From Candidatus Oxydemutatoraceae bacterium (lineage in GTDB: Bacteria > Pseudomonadota > Gammaproteobacteria > Poriferisulfidales > Oxydemutatoraceae), in assembly GCA_965218975.1 (NCBI GenBank), contig OZ244717.1, positions 1,824,001 to 1,888,000 on the forward strand: a stretch of 64,000 bases of DNA, read 5' to 3'. Below are positions 50,914 through 62,630 of this stretch, in pieces. The position numbers were made by a program, and so were the translations under genes. Position 1 is the stretch's first letter. Each line of letters opens with the position of its first letter. The notes under the pieces were generated by a model that made no database searches, had not been told where the DNA came from, and worked only from the letters and a program-made list of their open reading frames with translations.

Positions 50914-52826
50914 TCTTGACTTCGTAGGTTTTGTCTCGTAAGTGATTGATATTATTGCCTTCAGGATTCTCAAGGGCACTACATTACGGTGTTGTTTGTA
51001 GCCCTCCGCGCTCAGCTTCCCCCAGGGCGTGACTTGTCGGGAAGCGGGAACGGAGCTTCGTTCCATTTCAGGCCGACACTACGGTAGATCCTGTTGGCGT
51101 CCGCACTCGCGCGGCTCGGCATCGCATACCGCTTCTGTGTGTCGGTACATACCAAGATGCTCAACTGCAAGGTGTCGAGCTCGCGCCGGATCCGTTCCGC
51201 GCTCATCGGGAAGCCCAGTGCCTTAAGCCGCCGGCGCAGCTGCTGCAAGCAGCAGAAGGCCATGTAGCAGATCGCAATGTGTGCCTGGATACGCCGCGGC
51301 TTCCAGTGAAAGATCGGGCGGATGCAAAGGTCATGCTTGTTGGTGCGAAAGCAATGTTCTACTTCCCACAACCGACGGTACTGCGACAGCAATTCCTTTG
51401 GCGCCATCTCCTCGTTGCCGTGTGCGATGATTGCGCGCAGGCCGTCCCAACGCGCCGCATCGGCCACCTTGGCCGCATCAATCTTAACCCGGCCCTTTGC
51501 GGGGAAGCTTAAGTAACAGGCATAGCCGCGCGCCACGAAACCTGCCGGGCGCTCGCTGCGTTGATACTTCCGGCGCAACTGTGACAATATGCGCTCCCGA
51601 ACTTCTTGATCCTTGCGCGCGCGCCGGCGTGAATAGGTGACTATGATCCGCCGGCCTTCGTGGCGAATCATCCGGTAACGCAGGTCCTGCGTTTTGAGCC
51701 AGCCTTGATCGTCTGCTGCACTGAGGGCCTGCAGCTTGATCTTGGCCGGGGCCGACTTGAGACGATAGCCGAGCACATAGGCCAAGCCCTGCTCCTGCAG
51801 GAATGTCTGGTTCTCACGGCTCAGCATCGCCGCATCGGCCACTACTGTAAATACAGCACCCGGATGTCTCTGTTGCAGACTTGTCACTGCCTGCATCAAG
51901 GTTTTGCCCTCAAAGGTGTTGCCCGGCAACAGTGCGTAGTCCACCGGCAGACCGTCGCAGGTCGTCATCAGTGCCAGTAACACCTGGCAGCGGTGCGGCT
52001 TGCCGTCCTTACTATAACCTTTCGCGCGCAACGGGTCCTCTTGCTCGCTCTCGAAGTACAGGGTCGTGCAATCAAAGAAGAACACCTTGAGGGGCTGATC
52101 ATACAACTTCTGTGCCGCCTGATGAGACTGTTCCCGGATGCGTGCAATCACCGCCTCCTCAAGGTGATCCATAGTCTGGTAAACCCGGTCGAGATTGAGC
52201 GAAACGCCGCTTCGTTCGAGCTCGCACACCGTGGCACGCTTGCTCTGCGGCTGCGCGATACGCGCCAGCACCAGCTCGCGCAGAATGCGGTTGGCTGCCG
52301 TACGCCGTGCACCCAACACCTGGTTCCAACCCAGGTGCGAATAAATCTGCGTGAACGCCTCGCGCACCCCAAGCATCAGCCGCATCTCCTCACGGCATTC
52401 GGCAAGATCTACCCCGAAGCGCGCCAGACGTGGTGCCAGCCGCGCCTCAGCTGCGAGATCCGCGTACTGCTTCGGTGTGAACAGCGATTGCTGTGCTGTA
52501 CCGGCTTGGCGCAGCTCTTCCAAGGTGACCTCGCCGAGCTTGCGCAAAGATGCAAGCTGCTCGGGACTGTCGGCAGTGCCGATATGCCGCACCACACGCT
52601 GACGGGGACCATCGGCAGTGCGCACGGAACGTACAATCTGCAAGCGAGTGCGGCCACGTTCGGGGTCATATTTTTCACGCAAGTACATAGACCCGAATGA
52701 TAACCCAAAATCCAAGTGAAAACAAGCCTGGGGGCACTACAATGGATTTTTCGGCGGCGCCCGGATAACCCTATGATAATAAAAGATTTATTTTTTGCCC
52801 AAAGGTCAAAACCTACGAAGTCAAGA
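50914..52826 (-). mobile_element. IS1634-family insertion sequence, copy 2 (inverted relative to copy 1), 30-bp target duplication
   Basis: Same 20-bp IRs as copy 1; direct repeat AATATATCCCACCGAAATAATCTTGCAGGT at 50884..50913 and 52827..52856. Confidence 0.93.
51012..52715 (-). CDS. IS1634-family DDE transposase
   Basis: Near-identical to 22575..24278 (two amino-acid differences seen). Confidence 0.93.
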   Translation of the reverse strand: MDFGLSFGSMYLREKYDPERGRTRLQIVRSVRTADGPRQRVVRHIGTADSPEQLASLRKLGEVTLEELRQAGTAQQSLFTPKQYADLAAEARLAPRLARFGVDLAECREEMRLMLGVREAFTQIYSHLGWNQVLGARRTAANRILRELVLARIAQPQSKRATVCELERSGVSLNLDRVYQTMDHLEEAVIARIREQSHQAAQKLYDQPLKVFFFDCTTLYFESEQEDPLRAKGYSKDGKPHRCQVLLALMTTCDGLPVDYALLPGNTFEGKTLMQAVTSLQQRHPGAVFTVVADAAMLSRENQTFLQEQGLAYVLGYRLKSAPAKIKLQALSAADDQGWLKTQDLRYRMIRHEGRRIIVTYSRRRARKDQEVRERILSQLRRKYQRSERPAGFVARGYACYLSFPAKGRVKIDAAKVADAARWDGLRAIIAHGNEEMAPKELLSQYRRLWEVEHCFRTNKHDLCIRPIFHWKPRRIQAHIAICYMAFCCLQQLRRRLKALGFPMSAERIRRELDTLQLSILVCTDTQKRYAMPSRASADANRIYRSVGLKWNEAPFPLPDKSRPGGS

Positions 52827-53300
52827 AATATATCCCACCGAAATAATCTTGCAGGTTCTTTCCCCGCGAGGCGCTTGAATCGTCGAATCGTCTCCGACAT
52901 GCTTGCCGATCAAAGCGCGAGCGAGGGGCGAAGCGTACGAAAGCAAGCTTCGTTCGATATCCGCTTCATCCTCACCGACAATCCGATAAGTGATCTCCTC
53001 TCCGGTATCGTTATAAACAATAGTGACCGTTGCACCGAATACGATTTTATCACTGATACCTAACTGAGAAGTATCAATCACTTCGGCGATGGAAAGCTTC
53101 GCTTCAATATCCTTAATTCTTCCTTCAATAAAACCTTGTTGCTCGCGCGCGGCATGATACTCGGCGTTCTCACGCAAGTCGCCGTGCTCGCGCGCTGTGG
53201 AAATCGCTTGAATCACGCGCGGACGATCTTCATTCTTCAGCTTTTCCAACTCGGAGCGCAATGCTTTGGCTCCGGCTTTGGTCATCGGCGCTTTACTCAT
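52821..53300 (-). CDS. greA: Transcription elongation factor GreA
   Basis: [47 protein letters not shown]. Stop codon now lies in the IS end. Confidence 0.96.
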   Translation of the reverse strand: MSKAPMTKAGAKALRSELEKLKNEDRPRVIQAISTAREHGDLRENAEYHAAREQQGFIEGRIKDIEAKLSIAEVIDTSQLGISDKIVFGATVTIVYNDTGEEITYRIVGEDEADIERSLLSYASPLARALIGKHVGDDSTIQAPRGERTCKIISVGYIS

Positions 53301-53323
53301 TATTTCCTTATCGAGACAAACAA

Positions 53324-56300
53324 TCAGTTAGATATTCTAGCGTTTTCATGCAGTTCTTTCAAAGAATAAACTTCGTGTTCGCGGCATTGCAACGCCGCAA
53401 CAATCGCTTTTGCGCCGGCAATCGTCGTGGTGTAACAGACTTTGCGTTGCACCGCCTCGCGACGAATCATATACGAATCAATCACCGCTTGCCGCCCTTC
53501 GGTAGTGTTCACGATTAACGCAACTTGCCCGTCTTTAATTTTGTCGACAACATGCGGGCGTTGCTCGTCCTTGACTTTATGTACAACATCGCAGGTAATT
53601 CCGGCATCGCGCAAAATTGCAGCGGTGCCCGGTGTCGCAAGCAACTGAAAACCAAGCATCGATAGTTCTCGCGCAATCGTTACCCCGGCAGCTTTGTCGG
53701 CGTCACGGATGCTCAGCAGTGCAAAACCTTCGCTCGGAAGACGATTCCCTGCGGAATCCTGCGATTTGGCAAAAGCTTCACCGAAACTGTGCCCGACTCC
53801 CATTACTTCGCCGGTGGACTTCATCTCAGGACCCAATACCGGGTCAACGTCGGGAAACTTAACAAACGGAAAAACCGCTTCTTTGACAGTGTAATAATCG
53901 CGCGGACAACAAACGGGGATGTTTTGCCGCGCAAGACTGATTCCGATCATGCACCGTGCGGCAATCTTAGCCAACGGCAAGCCGATGGTCTTCGAAACAT
54001 AGGGAATAGTGCGCGATGCGCGCGGATTAACCTCCAGTACGTAAATATCGTCTCCTTGAATCGCCATTTGCGCATTCATCAAACCGACGACTTTTAGCCG
54101 GCGGGCAAGTTGTGTAATCTGCTCTTTTAGCTTATCTTGCACTGCATTGCCCAAAGAATATGGCGGTATGGAACATGCCGAATCACCCGAATGAATACCG
54201 GCTTGTTCGATGTGCTGCATAATTCCGCCGATTAAAACTTGCTCGCCGTCGCTTACCGCATCAATATCGATCTCAATCGCATCGCGTAGAAAATAATCGA
54301 TCAATACCGGCGAATCGCCGGCAGCGCTCATCGCCGCGCGCATATATGTCCTTAATTCGTCGCGGTTGTAAACGATCTCCATCGCCCGTCCGCCAAGCAC
54401 ATAAGAAGGACGCACAACCAACGGGTAGCCGATCCCTTCCGCTAAGCTCAGTGCCTCGTCAAGATTTTTAGCTGTCACATTCGGCGGCTGCTTCAAATCA
54501 AGCCGCTTGATCAGTTGTCGAAATTGCTCACGGTCTTCGGCGAGATTGATTGAATCGGGCGAGGTGCCGATAATCGGCACACCCGCATCCGCCAAACGGT
54601 TCGCCAACTTCAACGGGGTCTGCCCGCCGTATTGCACGACAACGCCCGTCGGCTTCTCAAGCAAAGCAATTTCCAGCACGTCCTCAAACGTCAATGCTTC
54701 AAAATACAAACGATCGGAAATATCATAATCGGTAGAAACCGTCTCCGGATTGCAATTCACCATAATGGTTTCATATCCTTCTTCACGCAATGCCAGCGCG
54801 GCATGCACACAACAGTAGTCAAACTCTATCCCTTGACCGATGCGATTCGGGCCTCCGCCCAACACCATAATCTTGTTTCTCTGCGTCGGTTTGGCCTCAC
54901 ATGCATCGTCGTAGCACGAGTAAAGGTAGGCGGTATTCGTATTAAATTCGGCGGCGCAAGTATCCACTCGCTTATACACCGGACGCACTCGCAGCGCATG
55001 GCGTCTTTCTCGAACGGCATCCTCGCTAACGCCCAACAAATATGCGATGCGGCTATCCGCAAAACCGCAACGTTTGCAATCGCGCATATTCGCCCGATCC
55101 ATCGCCTCCAATGTCGTCGCCCGTAACGCTTGTTCCATATTCAGCAGCTCGCGAATTTGCGCCAGAAACCACGGGTCGATTGCTGTCAAACGATACAGTT
55201 CTTCCACGGACCAACCCAAACGAAAACCATCGGCAACATACCACAACCTCTCTGAGTGTGTTTCGTCGAGACAACGGCGCACAATCTCATCGGCATGCGG
55301 CGCATCCCGCGCGATTTTCTCGTTCAGCCCGTCCATGCCGGTCTCTAAACCGCGGATAGCTTTTTGCAAAGATTCCTTAAAAGTGCGGCCGATCGCCATG
55401 ACTTCTCCAACCGATTTCATCTGCGTACCCAAGCTATTTTTAGTATTCGGGAATTTCTCAAATGTAAACCGCGGAATCTTCGTCACGACATAATCAATCG
55501 TCGGTTCAAACGATGCCGGCGTCTTGCCGCAAGTAATTTCGTTCGCCAGCTCATTCAAGGTATAACCGACTGCAAGCTTGGCGGCAATTTTTGCGATCGG
55601 AAACCCGGTCGCCTTGGATGCAAGCGCCGATGAACGCGATACCCGCGGGTTCATTTCGACAATAATGAGTCTGCCGTCGTCGGGATTGACTGCGAATTGC
55701 ACATTCGAACCGCCGGTATCAACCCCAATCTTACGCAAAACCTTCAGCGATGCATTGCGCATCATTTGGTATTCCTTATCGGTCAGCGTTTGCGCCGGCG
55801 CCACAGTAATCGAATCGCCGGTATGTACCCCCATCGGATCAAGGTTCTCTATCGAACAAATAATAATGCAGTTGTCTTCTCGATCGCGCACTACTTCCAT
55901 CTCGTATTCTTTCCAGCCGAGTAAGGATTCTTCAAGCAAAATTTCATTCGTCGGCGATAAATCCAAACCGCGCCGCGCAATGTCCTCAAATTCTTCTTGG
56001 TTATAAGCGATCCCGCCGCCGCTGCCGCCTAAAGTGAATGATGGCCGCACTATTAATGGAAAGCCTATATTTTTCTGCAATTCAAGAGCTTGGCTATCGC
56101 TGTGGGCAAGATAAGACTTTGCCGACTCCAAACCGATTTTGTCCATAGCGGTACGAAATCGTTCGCGATCTTCGGCGGTGTCAATCGCGTCTTGACTCGC
56201 GCCGATCATTTCAACATTGAATTCATCCAACACCTTTTCACGCACCAAATCAAGCGCGCAATTCAGCGCGGTTTGCCCGCCCATCGTAGGCAACAGCGCC

Positions 56301-56551
56301 TGCGGGTGTTCTTTCTCAATAACGCGCTTTAAGGTGCGCCACTCGATCGGCTCAATATAAACTACGTCGGCGCTGTCGGAGTCGGTCATAATCGTTGCCG
56401 GATTGGAATTAACCAAAATAACCCGATATCCTTCTTCACGCAGAGCGCGGCATGCTTGCATTCCGGAATAATCAAATTCACATGCTTGACCGATGACTAT
56501 CGGACCTGCGCCGATAATCAAAACACTCTTTATGTCCGTTCTTTTCGGCAT
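53324..56551 (-). CDS. carB: Carbamoyl-phosphate synthase large subunit
   Basis: [28 protein letters not shown]; duplicated ATP-grasp halves; MGS domain. Confidence 0.99.
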   Translation of the reverse strand: MPKRTDIKSVLIIGAGPIVIGQACEFDYSGMQACRALREEGYRVILVNSNPATIMTDSDSADVVYIEPIEWRTLKRVIEKEHPQALLPTMGGQTALNCALDLVREKVLDEFNVEMIGASQDAIDTAEDRERFRTAMDKIGLESAKSYLAHSDSQALELQKNIGFPLIVRPSFTLGGSGGGIAYNQEEFEDIARRGLDLSPTNEILLEESLLGWKEYEMEVVRDREDNCIIICSIENLDPMGVHTGDSITVAPAQTLTDKEYQMMRNASLKVLRKIGVDTGGSNVQFAVNPDDGRLIIVEMNPRVSRSSALASKATGFPIAKIAAKLAVGYTLNELANEITCGKTPASFEPTIDYVVTKIPRFTFEKFPNTKNSLGTQMKSVGEVMAIGRTFKESLQKAIRGLETGMDGLNEKIARDAPHADEIVRRCLDETHSERLWYVADGFRLGWSVEELYRLTAIDPWFLAQIRELLNMEQALRATTLEAMDRANMRDCKRCGFADSRIAYLLGVSEDAVRERRHALRVRPVYKRVDTCAAEFNTNTAYLYSCYDDACEAKPTQRNKIMVLGGGPNRIGQGIEFDYCCVHAALALREEGYETIMVNCNPETVSTDYDISDRLYFEALTFEDVLEIALLEKPTGVVVQYGGQTPLKLANRLADAGVPIIGTSPDSINLAEDREQFRQLIKRLDLKQPPNVTAKNLDEALSLAEGIGYPLVVRPSYVLGGRAMEIVYNRDELRTYMRAAMSAAGDSPVLIDYFLRDAIEIDIDAVSDGEQVLIGGIMQHIEQAGIHSGDSACSIPPYSLGNAVQDKLKEQITQLARRLKVVGLMNAQMAIQGDDIYVLEVNPRASRTIPYVSKTIGLPLAKIAARCMIGISLARQNIPVCCPRDYYTVKEAVFPFVKFPDVDPVLGPEMKSTGEVMGVGHSFGEAFAKSQDSAGNRLPSEGFALLSIRDADKAAGVTIARELSMLGFQLLATPGTAAILRDAGITCDVVHKVKDEQRPHVVDKIKDGQVALIVNTTEGRQAVIDSYMIRREAVQRKVCYTTTIAGAKAIVAALQCREHEVYSLKELHENARISN

Positions 56552-56553
56552 CG

Positions 56554-57663
56554 TTATTCCATCATCCGAACAAATTGCGCGAACAGACCGTGAATGTCGT
56601 GCGGCCCGGGACTTGCTTCGGGATGTCCTTGAAAACCGAACGCCGGTTTTTCACAATGCGCGATACCCTGCAATGTGCCGTCAAACAAAGACCGATGCGT
56701 TACGCGCAGATTTTCTTTCAGACTGTTTTCGTCAATGCAAAATCCGTGATTTTGACTGGTAATCATCACACGCTTGGTCATCAGATCAATGACCGGATGA
56801 TTGGCGCCATGATGACCGAATTTCATTTTGCTTGTCTTTGCGCCGCAGGCAAGTCCTAACAATTGATGCCCGAGACAAATGCCGAAAATCGGCACTTCGG
56901 CAATCAGCAATTGTCGAATCGCATCAATCGCATACCGGCAAGGTTCGGGATCCCCCGGTCCGTTGGACAAAAAAACCCCGTCGGGCTCATAGCTCAGCAC
57001 TGCGGCAGCGGTTGTTTGCGCCGGAACTACCGTTACTTTGCACCCGGCGCCGACCAAATGACGCAAAATGTTGCGCTTGATTCCAAAGTCATACGCGACA
57101 ACCGAATATTGTGCCGGCGGCTTGCTTGAACGCCATACTTCTCGCTCCCAAACATACGGTTCTTGCACACTAACTTTTGCCGCAAGGTCAAGACCTTTCA
57201 AGCCGGCAAAATCTGCCAATTCACGCTTGGCTTGCGCCATATCGACATCGGATGAGAACAGCACGGCGCTTTGAGCACCGTGGTCGCGCAGGTGGCGTGT
57301 TAGCCAGCGGGTGTCAACATCCGCTATCGCAACGGCATCGTAACGCACCAAATAATCGTTGAGCGAATATTGGCTGCGCCAGTTGCTCGGCTGCGCCGGC
57401 ATATCACGCACCACCAAACCGGACGCATACACTCGCCGTGATTCATTGTCTTCATCATTAGCACCGGTATTGCCGATATGGGGATACGTTAGAGTTACGA
57501 TCTGACAGGCATAAGAGGGATCGGTCAAAATTTCTTGGTATCCGGTCATTGCCGTATTAAAAACCACTTCGCCGACGCTGCAACCATGCGCTCCCATCAA
57601 GTTTCCGCGGAAAACCGTTCCGTCTTCCAAGAGTAACGTAGCAGTTTGCTTCATCTCACTCAA
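56554..57663 (-). CDS. carA: Carbamoyl-phosphate synthase small subunit
   Basis: [47 protein letters not shown]. Confidence 0.98.
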   Translation of the reverse strand: MSEMKQTATLLLEDGTVFRGNLMGAHGCSVGEVVFNTAMTGYQEILTDPSYACQIVTLTYPHIGNTGANDEDNESRRVYASGLVVRDMPAQPSNWRSQYSLNDYLVRYDAVAIADVDTRWLTRHLRDHGAQSAVLFSSDVDMAQAKRELADFAGLKGLDLAAKVSVQEPYVWEREVWRSSKPPAQYSVVAYDFGIKRNILRHLVGAGCKVTVVPAQTTAAAVLSYEPDGVFLSNGPGDPEPCRYAIDAIRQLLIAEVPIFGICLGHQLLGLACGAKTSKMKFGHHGANHPVIDLMTKRVMITSQNHGFCIDENSLKENLRVTHRSLFDGTLQGIAHCEKPAFGFQGHPEASPGPHDIHGLFAQFVRMME

Positions 57664-57936
57664 ATATATTTCTTGAGAAGCGGCGAGAAACGCCGTTCAG
57701 CCAAACGGCAATCATACCAAAAATACAAAGCTTCCGTTAATAATATCCGCAGCTATCACCGTAATCTTCTCTATCGACGAATCCGTAAGAGGAGAGGCCA
57801 AAAAGCACCTCAGCGCCTGCGGAATCGGCTATACTTATGGCATCATGAGCGCTTTCGCATCCTTTATCCATACTATAATACTTCCAATCCCCTGAAGCGC
57901 TCGGGGTCGGGACAAAAGAAACTTTCGAGCTTGTAA

Positions 57937-58278
57937 TTGTCTGAAACCGTTTTTAGCAAAATTATCCGCCGTGAATTGCCCGCGGATATCGTCTACGAGG
58001 ACCACTTGTGTCTCGCGTTTAGAGATATCAATCCTCGCGCGCCGACGCATATTTTGATTATTCCTAAAAAGCCGATCAGGAAAATGGTCGATGCCGCTAG
58101 CGAAGATAAGGAGCTACTCGGACACCTGTTGCTCAAAGCCGGAGACATCGCCCGTCAGCTCGGTTGCGAAAACGCATTTCGCTTGGTCTGCAACAACGGA
58201 TCGGATGCCGGGCAGGAAGTGTTTCATTTACACTTGCACTTACTTGCCGGCAGAACGTTTACTTGGCCACCGGGCTAA
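57937..58278 (+). CDS. hinT: Histidine triad (HIT/HinT) nucleotide-binding protein
   Basis: AFRDINPRAPTHILIIPK, GQEVFHLHLHLLAGR, WPPG. Confidence 0.9.
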   Translation: MSETVFSKIIRRELPADIVYEDHLCLAFRDINPRAPTHILIIPKKPIRKMVDAASEDKELLGHLLLKAGDIARQLGCENAFRLVCNNGSDAGQEVFHLHLHLLAGRTFTWPPG

Positions 58279-58296
58279 GCGAAACGAAATCATATT

Positions 58297-59340
58297 TCAC
58301 ATACATAATTTATCGCCGAGCATCTCGCCCGCAAGCAATGCCGGGTCTAGCCGCGCATTCAGCCAATTAATCCGCCAATCAAGATGCGCGCCGGTGGAAC
58401 GTCCGGTAGAACCGACTTTTGCGATCGCATCTCCTTGCTTGAAAGCATCTCCCTCAGCAACCAGCATCTCGGACAAATGCAATAATGTCGAAGAAATACC
58501 ATAGCCATGAACCAGTACCATCGTCATCCCGGTAAAATACATGTCGGGGCGCGCAAGCGTCACAACTCCGTCTGCCGGCGCTCGCACGACAGTTCCCGTC
58601 GGGCATGCGATGTCCACTCCAAAATGCGGTTGCCGCGGCGCACCGTTTAAAATACGCCGGCTTCCATAAACGCCGGTAATCGTTCCATGCACCGGCCAAA
58701 TAAACCGCAGCGGTATTCCGTCCGGGAACGAACGCCGCATGCGCGCTTGGCGAATCAACTTTGCTTCTTCACGAATACGTTCCGACACTCCCGCCGGAGG
58801 CGTAACCATTTGCGGCGGCAAACCATCCACTCGTTGCATCGTATATTCGCGCCGACGCACTTCTAAAATACGCCGTGTCGTATCTTGTCCTCTACTCACC
58901 CGCAATATCGCTTGCGCCGGCGCATCGCGACCAAAACCAAAAACGAATCGGCCGTTCCGCGATAGAGTCAATCGTTCGCCATTCAAAAATACCTTTGCAT
59001 CGGGACGAGTCGCGCCATGCGCTAATCCGCCTTGTATCAATTCGCCATATAGCTGCATCTCTATCGCTTGAGCATAAGCGGTAATCGACAGCAATATGTT
59101 GAACATCAAACTTAAAAAAACGCGATGATACATCTTTATATACCGCATACTCCCATTCTTTGCTTGAGAAAAAATTCCATTATAAACATCAATACGACCG
59201 TCACTACAGTGGTCGAGTCGCCGGTAAGATTGCAGTCGACGCAACTTCGATTCCGGCAGATAGGAATGCTTCTGTATAATGGCATATTCATAATGGCGCT
59301 CCCGGCACCGCCCGACAAAATCCGGCGCTAAAGCAAGCAA
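58297..59340 (-). CDS. M23-family metallopeptidase (true start probably ~59130)
   Basis: WPVHG.ITGVYG, HFGVDIA, HGYG, GSTGRSTGAHLDW. Confidence 0.88.
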   Translation of the reverse strand: MLALAPDFVGRCRERHYEYAIIQKHSYLPESKLRRLQSYRRLDHCSDGRIDVYNGIFSQAKNGSMRYIKMYHRVFLSLMFNILLSITAYAQAIEMQLYGELIQGGLAHGATRPDAKVFLNGERLTLSRNGRFVFGFGRDAPAQAILRVSRGQDTTRRILEVRRREYTMQRVDGLPPQMVTPPAGVSERIREEAKLIRQARMRRSFPDGIPLRFIWPVHGTITGVYGSRRILNGAPRQPHFGVDIACPTGTVVRAPADGVVTLARPDMYFTGMTMVLVHGYGISSTLLHLSEMLVAEGDAFKQGDAIAKVGSTGRSTGAHLDWRINWLNARLDPALLAGEMLGDKLCM

Positions 59341-59361
59341 ATATTCAGGGCATATACTTCC

Positions 59362-60246
59362 ATGTCAAAAGCAATTAAACAATCTTTACAAAACTTGTGC
59401 CGAGATTTCAGTATGGAAGTGACACCTGCCGATTTACCTGACTTGTCGGACTTGAAACGCATTGTTGCCGCGACACAATATCCGAAGATTCGCTTGTTTA
59501 TTTCCCATTTAAGCAACGACAGCATTGAACGAACCTTGGCGATTGCCGAGTCTGCCGCTACTGAAAACTTACAGCCCGTCCCCCATATCGTCGCGCGGCG
59601 TTATAAAAATATCGCTCAGATAACCCAGACCCTGTATCAGTTTCATGCCTGCGCCGACATTCGCGAAATACTCATTTTAGGAGGCGATGCGCCGATACCT
59701 GCCGGAAAAATCCATAGCAGTTTGGATTTACTGCGTTCCGACGCTTTCCGATTCACTCTATTTGAGATCGGTATACGACGCTTGTGGTTTGGAATCCATC
59801 CTGAGGGGCACCCTACGATCAACTCTGCCGCATTGCAATCCGCTTTGGAGGAAAAGTGCGCTTATTCGGCAAAAACTAAACTGCCGGTGCGGTTTATCAC
59901 TCAAATGACGTTTACCGCGAAGCCATTACTGCATTGGTTAAACACACTCCCCTCTACGATGCCGCATATCCATCCGAGCGTCTTTGCCGACGGACAATAC
60001 GCTAGCCTCGCACGGCTGGCACGCTTGACGCAAACGCCTTCCGCTCGACAATTTCTGCAAAACACCGTGGGTTCGACTGTTTCTTACCATCCGCAATTGT
60101 ACCGCATCGCCACAGTTGAACGGTCACTCGGTGGTTTGCATTTTCTATCGCTCGGAAAATTTGCCGAGACACTGGAGTTTGCAGTCCGATTGCGACAAGG
60201 AAAATTCCGCATTGACGATCAAAACTTGTATATAATGACCGCCTAA
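59362..60246 (+). CDS. Divergent methylenetetrahydrofolate reductase (MetF-like)
   Basis: SMEVTP, PVPHIVAR, LILGGD, HPEGHP, ITQM.F, GLHF; upstream of metY. Confidence 0.7.
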   Translation: MSKAIKQSLQNLCRDFSMEVTPADLPDLSDLKRIVAATQYPKIRLFISHLSNDSIERTLAIAESAATENLQPVPHIVARRYKNIAQITQTLYQFHACADIREILILGGDAPIPAGKIHSSLDLLRSDAFRFTLFEIGIRRLWFGIHPEGHPTINSAALQSALEEKCAYSAKTKLPVRFITQMTFTAKPLLHWLNTLPSTMPHIHPSVFADGQYASLARLARLTQTPSARQFLQNTVGSTVSYHPQLYRIATVERSLGGLHFLSLGKFAETLEFAVRLRQGKFRIDDQNLYIMTA

Positions 60247-60292
60247 ATACATTTTCAAACAATCCGCAATTCAAACAATCAAAGCGAAATTC

Positions 60293-61594
60293 ATGGGGCA
60301 ATCAAGTCATTCTCAACAAGGATTCGGCACGCGCACGGTGCATGCCGGCGCCGCGCCTGATCCGTCAACCGGCGCGCGCATCACTCCGATATATCAATCA
60401 ACCGCGTATGTTTTCAAGAACATTCAACACGCCGCGGCATTGTTCGATTTGCAAGAAGAAGGCTATATCTATTCGCGCCTCACTAACCCGACGGTTGATG
60501 TGCTGCAAAAACGCATTACCGACTTGGAAGAGGGGCTTGCCGCAGTCTGTAGCGCATCCGGACATTCGGCGCAACTGCTGGCATTATTCGGATTGATGCA
60601 GGCAGGCGATGAATTTATCGCGTCAAAAAAACTGTACGGCGGCTCCATCACGCAATTCGGGCATTCTTTTAAGCGTCTGGGCTGGAACGTAACTTTTGCC
60701 GACCCCGACAATCTAAGTGACTTCAAATCCGCCATCACCGACAAAACGCGTCTGCTGTTTATAGAAAGTATTGCCAACCCGAGCGGAATTATCTGCGACA
60801 TTGAAAAAATTGCGCAGATTGCACACGACGCTTCTCTCCCGCTATTGGTTGACAATACAATGGCAACACCGGCATTAATCCGTCCGATTCAATACGGCGC
60901 CGATATCGTCTTGCACTCAACCACAAAATATTTATCCGGACACGGCAACGCAATGGGCGGCGTCGTTATCGATAGCGGCAAGTTTGATTGGAAAAAAAGC
61001 GGTAAATTTCCGGCGCTGACAGAGCCTTGCACCGCATATCACGGTACGAATTTCTATGAAACTTTCGGCGCGATCGCTTATGCGGTTTACACTCTTGCGG
61101 TTAGCTTGCGCGACTTGGGGCCATCCATGTCGCCACTGAATGCTTATTTAACAATTACCGGCATTGAAACGCTCGCGCTGCGAATGAAAAAGCACTGCGA
61201 GAATGCGCTTGAAGTGGCGCAGTGGTTGGAACGAAACCCATTGGTTGATTGGGTATCTTATGCGGGATTACCGTCCAGCCCTTATTACCGTTCGGCGCAA
61301 AAATATTGCCCGCAAGGCGCGGGATCGGTATTTACTTTTGGCTTAAAAAACGGTTATGAGGCCGGAGTAAAAACCGTAGAGAATTGCAAGCTATTTTCTC
61401 ATCTTGCCAACATTGGAGATACACGTTCGCTGATTACTCATCCGGCGTCAACCACTCACCGGCAACTAAGCGACAAACAAAAAATCGCGGCAAATGCGGG
61501 GCCTGAAGTCGTACGCATTTCGGTCGGTATTGAAGATGCCGCCGATATTATTGCGGACTTGGATCAAGCGCTGCGCGCCGCCACGCAATCATAA
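60293..61594 (+). CDS. metY: O-acetylhomoserine sulfhydrylase (PLP-dependent)
   Basis: TPIYQSTAYVF, IYSRLTNPT, VDNT.ATP, HSTTKYLSGHG, HLANIGDTRSL..HPASTTHRQL. Confidence 0.9.
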   Translation: MGQSSHSQQGFGTRTVHAGAAPDPSTGARITPIYQSTAYVFKNIQHAAALFDLQEEGYIYSRLTNPTVDVLQKRITDLEEGLAAVCSASGHSAQLLALFGLMQAGDEFIASKKLYGGSITQFGHSFKRLGWNVTFADPDNLSDFKSAITDKTRLLFIESIANPSGIICDIEKIAQIAHDASLPLLVDNTMATPALIRPIQYGADIVLHSTTKYLSGHGNAMGGVVIDSGKFDWKKSGKFPALTEPCTAYHGTNFYETFGAIAYAVYTLAVSLRDLGPSMSPLNAYLTITGIETLALRMKKHCENALEVAQWLERNPLVDWVSYAGLPSSPYYRSAQKYCPQGAGSVFTFGLKNGYEAGVKTVENCKLFSHLANIGDTRSLITHPASTTHRQLSDKQKIAANAGPEVVRISVGIEDAADIIADLDQALRAATQS

Positions 61595-62362
61595 CAATAT
61601 ATGATGCCTCCCGGCCGTTGAAATAAAAGTTACTTCGACTTGAAATATTTGACGCAAATTGTCCGCAGTCATCACTTCGGCGGTAGACCCGGAGCAATAA
61701 ACGCTTCCCGACCGCATCAAAACGACACGGTCGGCATGATGCAACGCAATATTGAGATCGTGTGTGACCAAGGCAATGCCCGCACCCTGTCCGACGCTGT
61801 CGTGCATATACCGCAATAGCTGATTCCGGTGAACGATATCCAGAGCGGTCAAAGGTTCGTCCAATAAAACGTAAACCGGATTATCCATCAGTCCCAACAT
61901 TGCCTGCAAAAAAATCCGTGCTAACTGAGTGCGCTGCCGTTCGCCGCCCGACAACGACGCATATCCTCGTTCACGTAAGGCGATCATTTCAAACCGCGCC
62001 AATATTTCACCCGTCATCATCCGTATTTGTTCGGGCAACACCTTAGCTCGATGCGGCACAGCGCCAAGTGCGACAACTTCCTCAACGGAAAAATTAAATG
62101 CTAGCATGTTTGACTGCGTCAGCATACTGCGTCGCCGAGCAATTTCGTCCCACGGCCACTCGCCCAGAGGGCGGTCTTCAAGAAACACTTGCCCGCCATG
62201 CGACTTAGGACAACCCGCTAGAACATTCAGCAATGTTGACTTTCCCGCACCATTCGCTCCCACTAGCGCAACAATTTCACCGGGATTAAGCAGAAAATCC
62301 ACTGCGCTTAACAAGCGGCAATCGCCGATCCGATAAGTTAATGCTTGCGCCGATAGAGACAT
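61589..62362 (-). CDS. Heme/iron ABC transporter ATP-binding protein (HmuV-like)
   Basis: GANGAGKST, LSGGERQR.QLAR, LLDEP..ALD, HDLN.A. Confidence 0.85.
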   Translation of the reverse strand: MSLSAQALTYRIGDCRLLSAVDFLLNPGEIVALVGANGAGKSTLLNVLAGCPKSHGGQVFLEDRPLGEWPWDEIARRRSMLTQSNMLAFNFSVEEVVALGAVPHRAKVLPEQIRMMTGEILARFEMIALRERGYASLSGGERQRTQLARIFLQAMLGLMDNPVYVLLDEPLTALDIVHRNQLLRYMHDSVGQGAGIALVTHDLNIALHHADRVVLMRSGSVYCSGSTAEVMTADNLRQIFQVEVTFISTAGRHHILL

Positions 62363-62630
62363 GGGTTATTTAATGTGACTTAAAAGAGAAATATTGCTTA
62401 TTTCGGAAAGCGTTTATAGCGGTTAAAAGCTGCGTTGAAACTTCATTTTGCCGCGTCTCTTTTCGGATTATTAAAATTTGCCGTTGCAAAACGCTTAGAT
62501 TTACAAGCACACTTCCCCAAGATTAAAACATTGATCACGGCCGCCGCGGTTCCGGTCGGCTTTTATATTTTGTCCCTCTTCCCACAAAAATACACATCGG
62601 TCGGGATAACGAAGGAAATCAATTGTATAG

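Noticed and set aside
50881-51066. 61-aa ORF ending in [10 protein letters not shown] as a second greA
   Set aside because: It is IS sequence fused to the 30-bp duplicated greA tail.
22463-52826. Composite transposon formed by the two IS copies
   Set aside because: Each copy has its own distinct target duplication and the interior consists mostly of core genes, so these are independent insertions.
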